This document shows, piece after piece, positions 23,785-25,863 of a stretch of 25,863 nt of DNA. The translations under genes and the position numbers were made by a program. Within the stretch, counting starts at the first letter, position 1, and each line of letters starts with the position of its first letter. Under the pieces are notes generated by a model. The model had not been told where the DNA came from and searched no databases. It saw only the letters and a list, made by a program, of their open reading frames with translations. The stretch comes from Acidobacteriota bacterium (GTDB lineage Bacteria; Acidobacteriota; Polarisedimenticolia; CBDVAL01): contig JASFRI010000011.1 in assembly GCA_050115015.1 (NCBI GenBank), positions 1 through 25,863 of the forward strand, in the 5' to 3' direction.

Positions 23785-25863
23785 TCAGCCGGCGGCCGGC
23801 TCCGGCAACCGGAACGACTCCAGCAGCACGGGATCGGCATCCGGGTTGCGGCCCTGGAACTCCTCGCGGATCGCCCGGGCCTCCCCGGTCAGGGTCAGGC
23901 TGTCCAGCAGCGCCGCCATCGCCGACACCGCCAGGGGATCGTTGGCATCCGCGTCCATGGCCCGGCGGCACGCGTTGATCGCGGCCATCGGGTCGTCGGC
24001 CCCCATCGCCAGATGCCACGCCAGCCAGACATAGGGCTCGGTGTCGTCGGGATGGCGCTCGATGATCGCCTGCAGCGCCTGTTCCCCCTCGGCACCCTTT
24101 CCGGCGTAGAGGAGATCCAGGGCCCGGGCGAGGGCGGCATCCCGGTCCGGCATCCGGCCGGTCGCCGCCGCGGCGCGCTCCAGGTGCCGGCGCCCCTCGT
24201 CCAGATTCCCCGACCACAGGAGGCCGGTCGCCAGGCGCAGCTCGGCCAGCGGGAAATCCGGATCCGTGCGGGTCGCCGCCCGGAACTCCGGGATCGCCTC
24301 CCTGAACCGCAGCGCCTCGTAGTGCTTCATCCCCGCCCGGTAGAGCCGGTAGGCCTCGGGGGAGGAGGTGGTCACGTCCTCCAGCTCCGCCCCTCCCTTC
24401 GCGGAGACCTGGAGTCCCGCCCGCAGCCCGTCGGCGAGGCGATCCGCCAGGTCGAACACGTCGGTCCCCTCCACCCGGCTCGCCGTCACCACGGTCCCGT
24501 CGGCGGTGTCATAGGCCTGCAGGTCGATCCGGTAGCCCTCCTCCGGGCGGAAGATGGTACCCCGCACGACGATCCCGGCGCCGGCCCAGCGGGCGAGACG
24601 GGTGATGCTCTGGCCGTCCAGGTCCTCCATCTCCCCGCCGCCGCCGGCCTGGAGCAGGTCGTAGAGGCGCTGGGTCGAGATCACCTGGAGCGCCTCGTCC
24701 TGGGCGAGGTCCGTGGTCAGCATCTCGGGCAGCCCCTCCCCGAGCCAGCCGTCCGCCGGGTCACCGCTGCGGTTCGCGAACAGCGCCACCACGACGCGGC
24801 CCCGGGCCGCGGTCGCCGCGGCCGGCAGGGGCTCCAGCGGGGCCACCGCCGCGGCGCCGTCCGGGGAACGCGGGGACCAGAGGGCCACGGCGGCAAGCCC
24901 CAGCAGGACGACGGCGGCGGCCGCCGCCGGGATCCACAGGAGCCGCAGGCGCCACCGGCCCGGCGGCGCGATCGCGGGGAGGGGCCCCCGGCTGACGCCG
25001 GAGGAGCTGCCCCCCCGCCGCAGCACCCGCAGGTCCGCCGCCAGGTCCGCGGCGGTCTGGTAGCGATCCTGCACGTCCTTGGCGAGGCACTTCGTCACGA
25101 TCCGGTCCAGCTCGACGGGAAGCTCCGGCCGCACCGCGGGCAGGGGATCCGGCTCCTCGTGGACGATCGCATGGAACGTGGCGATGGGGTTGCCGCGCTT
25201 GAACGGCGCCGTTCCCGTGGCCAGCTCGTAGGCCAGGCTCCCGAAGGCGAACAGGTCCGACCGGGCATCCACCGGCCGGGCCTGCGCCTGCTCGGGGCTC
25301 ATGTAGGCGAAGGTCCCCAGGATCTTCCCCTCCTGGGTCATGTTCGCGCTGACGGTCTCCATCTGCGTGTTGCCGGTCCCGCCCTGGACCGCCACGCGCT
25401 CGCCGAGGTCCAGACGGGCCAGGCCGAAGTCGAGGATCTTGTAGAAGCCCGAGTCCGCCGCCATGACGTTCTCGGGCTTCAGATCCCTGTGGATGATCCC
25501 CTTGGCGTGGGCGGCGGCGAGGGCCTCCGCCACCTGGGACAGGCAGTCCAGCAGCGCCTCCACGGCCATGGGGCCCGGTTCCAGCAGCTGCTTGAGGGTC
25601 CGCCCCTCCACGTACTCCATGGTGAAGAACGTGGTGCCGGCTTCCCGGTCGAAGTCGTAGAGGGTGGCGATGCCCGGGTGGTTCACCGAGGACGCGGCCC
25701 GGGCCTCCCGCTCGAAGCGCCGCACCCGGTCCTCGTCCCCGGCGAGGCCCTCGGGCAGCACCTTCAGGGCCACGGTGCGGCCGAGGCGCGTATCCTCCGC
25801 CCGGTAGACGATCCCCATCCCACCCTCCCCCAGGCGGGACAGGATGCGGTAGTGCTTCAGCGT
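23785..25863 (-). CDS. Hanks-type Ser/Thr protein kinase with single TM and extracytoplasmic TPR-like sensor domain. N-terminus beyond window end.
   Basis: Kinase subdomains ...GEGGMGIVYRA, VALKVL, HRDLKPENV, DFGLA, GTFAYMSPE. TM LRLLWIPAAAAAVVLLGLAAVALW. C-terminal TPR-like repeats. Reading frame is open to the last base of the window. Confidence 0.9.
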   Translation of the reverse strand, partial: TLKHYRILSRLGEGGMGIVYRAEDTRLGRTVALKVLPEGLAGDEDRVRRFEREARAASSVNHPGIATLYDFDREAGTTFFTMEYVEGRTLKQLLEPGPMAVEALLDCLSQVAEALAAAHAKGIIHRDLKPENVMAADSGFYKILDFGLARLDLGERVAVQGGTGNTQMETVSANMTQEGKILGTFAYMSPEQAQARPVDARSDLFAFGSLAYELATGTAPFKRGNPIATFHAIVHEEPDPLPAVRPELPVELDRIVTKCLAKDVQDRYQTAADLAADLRVLRRGGSSSGVSRGPLPAIAPPGRWRLRLLWIPAAAAAVVLLGLAAVALWSPRSPDGAAAVAPLEPLPAAATAARGRVVVALFANRSGDPADGWLGEGLPEMLTTDLAQDEALQVISTQRLYDLLQAGGGGEMEDLDGQSITRLARWAGAGIVVRGTIFRPEEGYRIDLQAYDTADGTVVTASRVEGTDVFDLADRLADGLRAGLQVSAKGGAELEDVTTSSPEAYRLYRAGMKHYEALRFREAIPEFRAATRTDPDFPLAELRLATGLLWSGNLDEGRRHLERAAAATGRMPDRDAALARALDLLYAGKGAEGEQALQAIIERHPDDTEPYVWLAWHLAMGADDPMAAINACRRAMDADANDPLAVSAMAALLDSLTLTGEARAIREEFQGRNPDADPVLLESFRLPEPAAG

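Noticed and set aside
1-25863. tRNA/rRNA/CRISPR scan by eye
   Set aside because: No T-loop-like GGTTCGAATCC-type sequences, no rRNA-like conserved blocks, no regularly spaced direct repeats.

Overview
High-GC (about 70%) bacterial chromosomal window of 25.9 kb. Gene content and strong GGAGG-type Shine-Dalgarno sites suggest an environmental Gram-negative lineage. A Gemmatimonadota- or Acidobacteria-like genome is my low-confidence guess, based only on the gene repertoire. I can support 21 protein-coding genes plus two low-confidence ORFs (649-1155 and 3785-3952) and one decayed gene remnant. I found no rRNA, tRNA, CRISPR, transposase or integrase. Contents left to right: a partial minus-strand gene at the window start; a lower-GC patch (about 540-1160) with one weak ORF; a VOC/glyoxalase-family gene; a GT-C (ArnT/PMT-like) membrane glycosyltransferase; a second lower-GC gene-poor stretch (3516-4291) carrying an unlisted 55-aa two-TM ORF; a TehB/TPMT-like SAM methyltransferase; a decayed Zn-alcohol-dehydrogenase remnant directly followed by an AAC(6')-I family aminoglycoside acetyltransferase; a DUF4953-type HExxH zinc metalloprotease; MscS channel; an Arc-type ribbon-helix-helix regulator; an SPFH/band-7 protein driven by a textbook sigma70 promoter in an AT-rich island; a DUF4126 - GH-A glycoside hydrolase - DUF2914 operon; an SLC13 permease divergent from an EamA transporter; two tandem, translationally coupled paralogous ~860-aa M14 carboxypeptidase-like genes; a Spy/CpxP-family periplasmic chaperone; a DUF4136 lipoprotein; an M19 membrane dipeptidase; and a Hanks-type Ser/Thr kinase truncated by the window end. 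The most interesting non-genic signal is a family of ~18-25 bp inverted-repeat pairs built around an AAATACGG core (consensus roughly TTCnnnAARTACGGnnACG). Each pair spans about 100-120 bp. One pair, plus a related central palindrome, fills the intergenic region in front of the Arc-like repressor gene. A second pair sits in the 5' region of the tandem M14 peptidase operon. This suggests either a small RHH-controlled regulon linking the repressor to the peptidases, or a MITE-like repeat family. Other points worth a second look: the aac(6') gene abutting a pseudogenised ADH, and two compositionally atypical low-GC patches. Nothing here looks like a known defence system. The novel-system candidates I can defend are the RHH/inverted-repeat/M14 link and the SPFH-RHH pairing.
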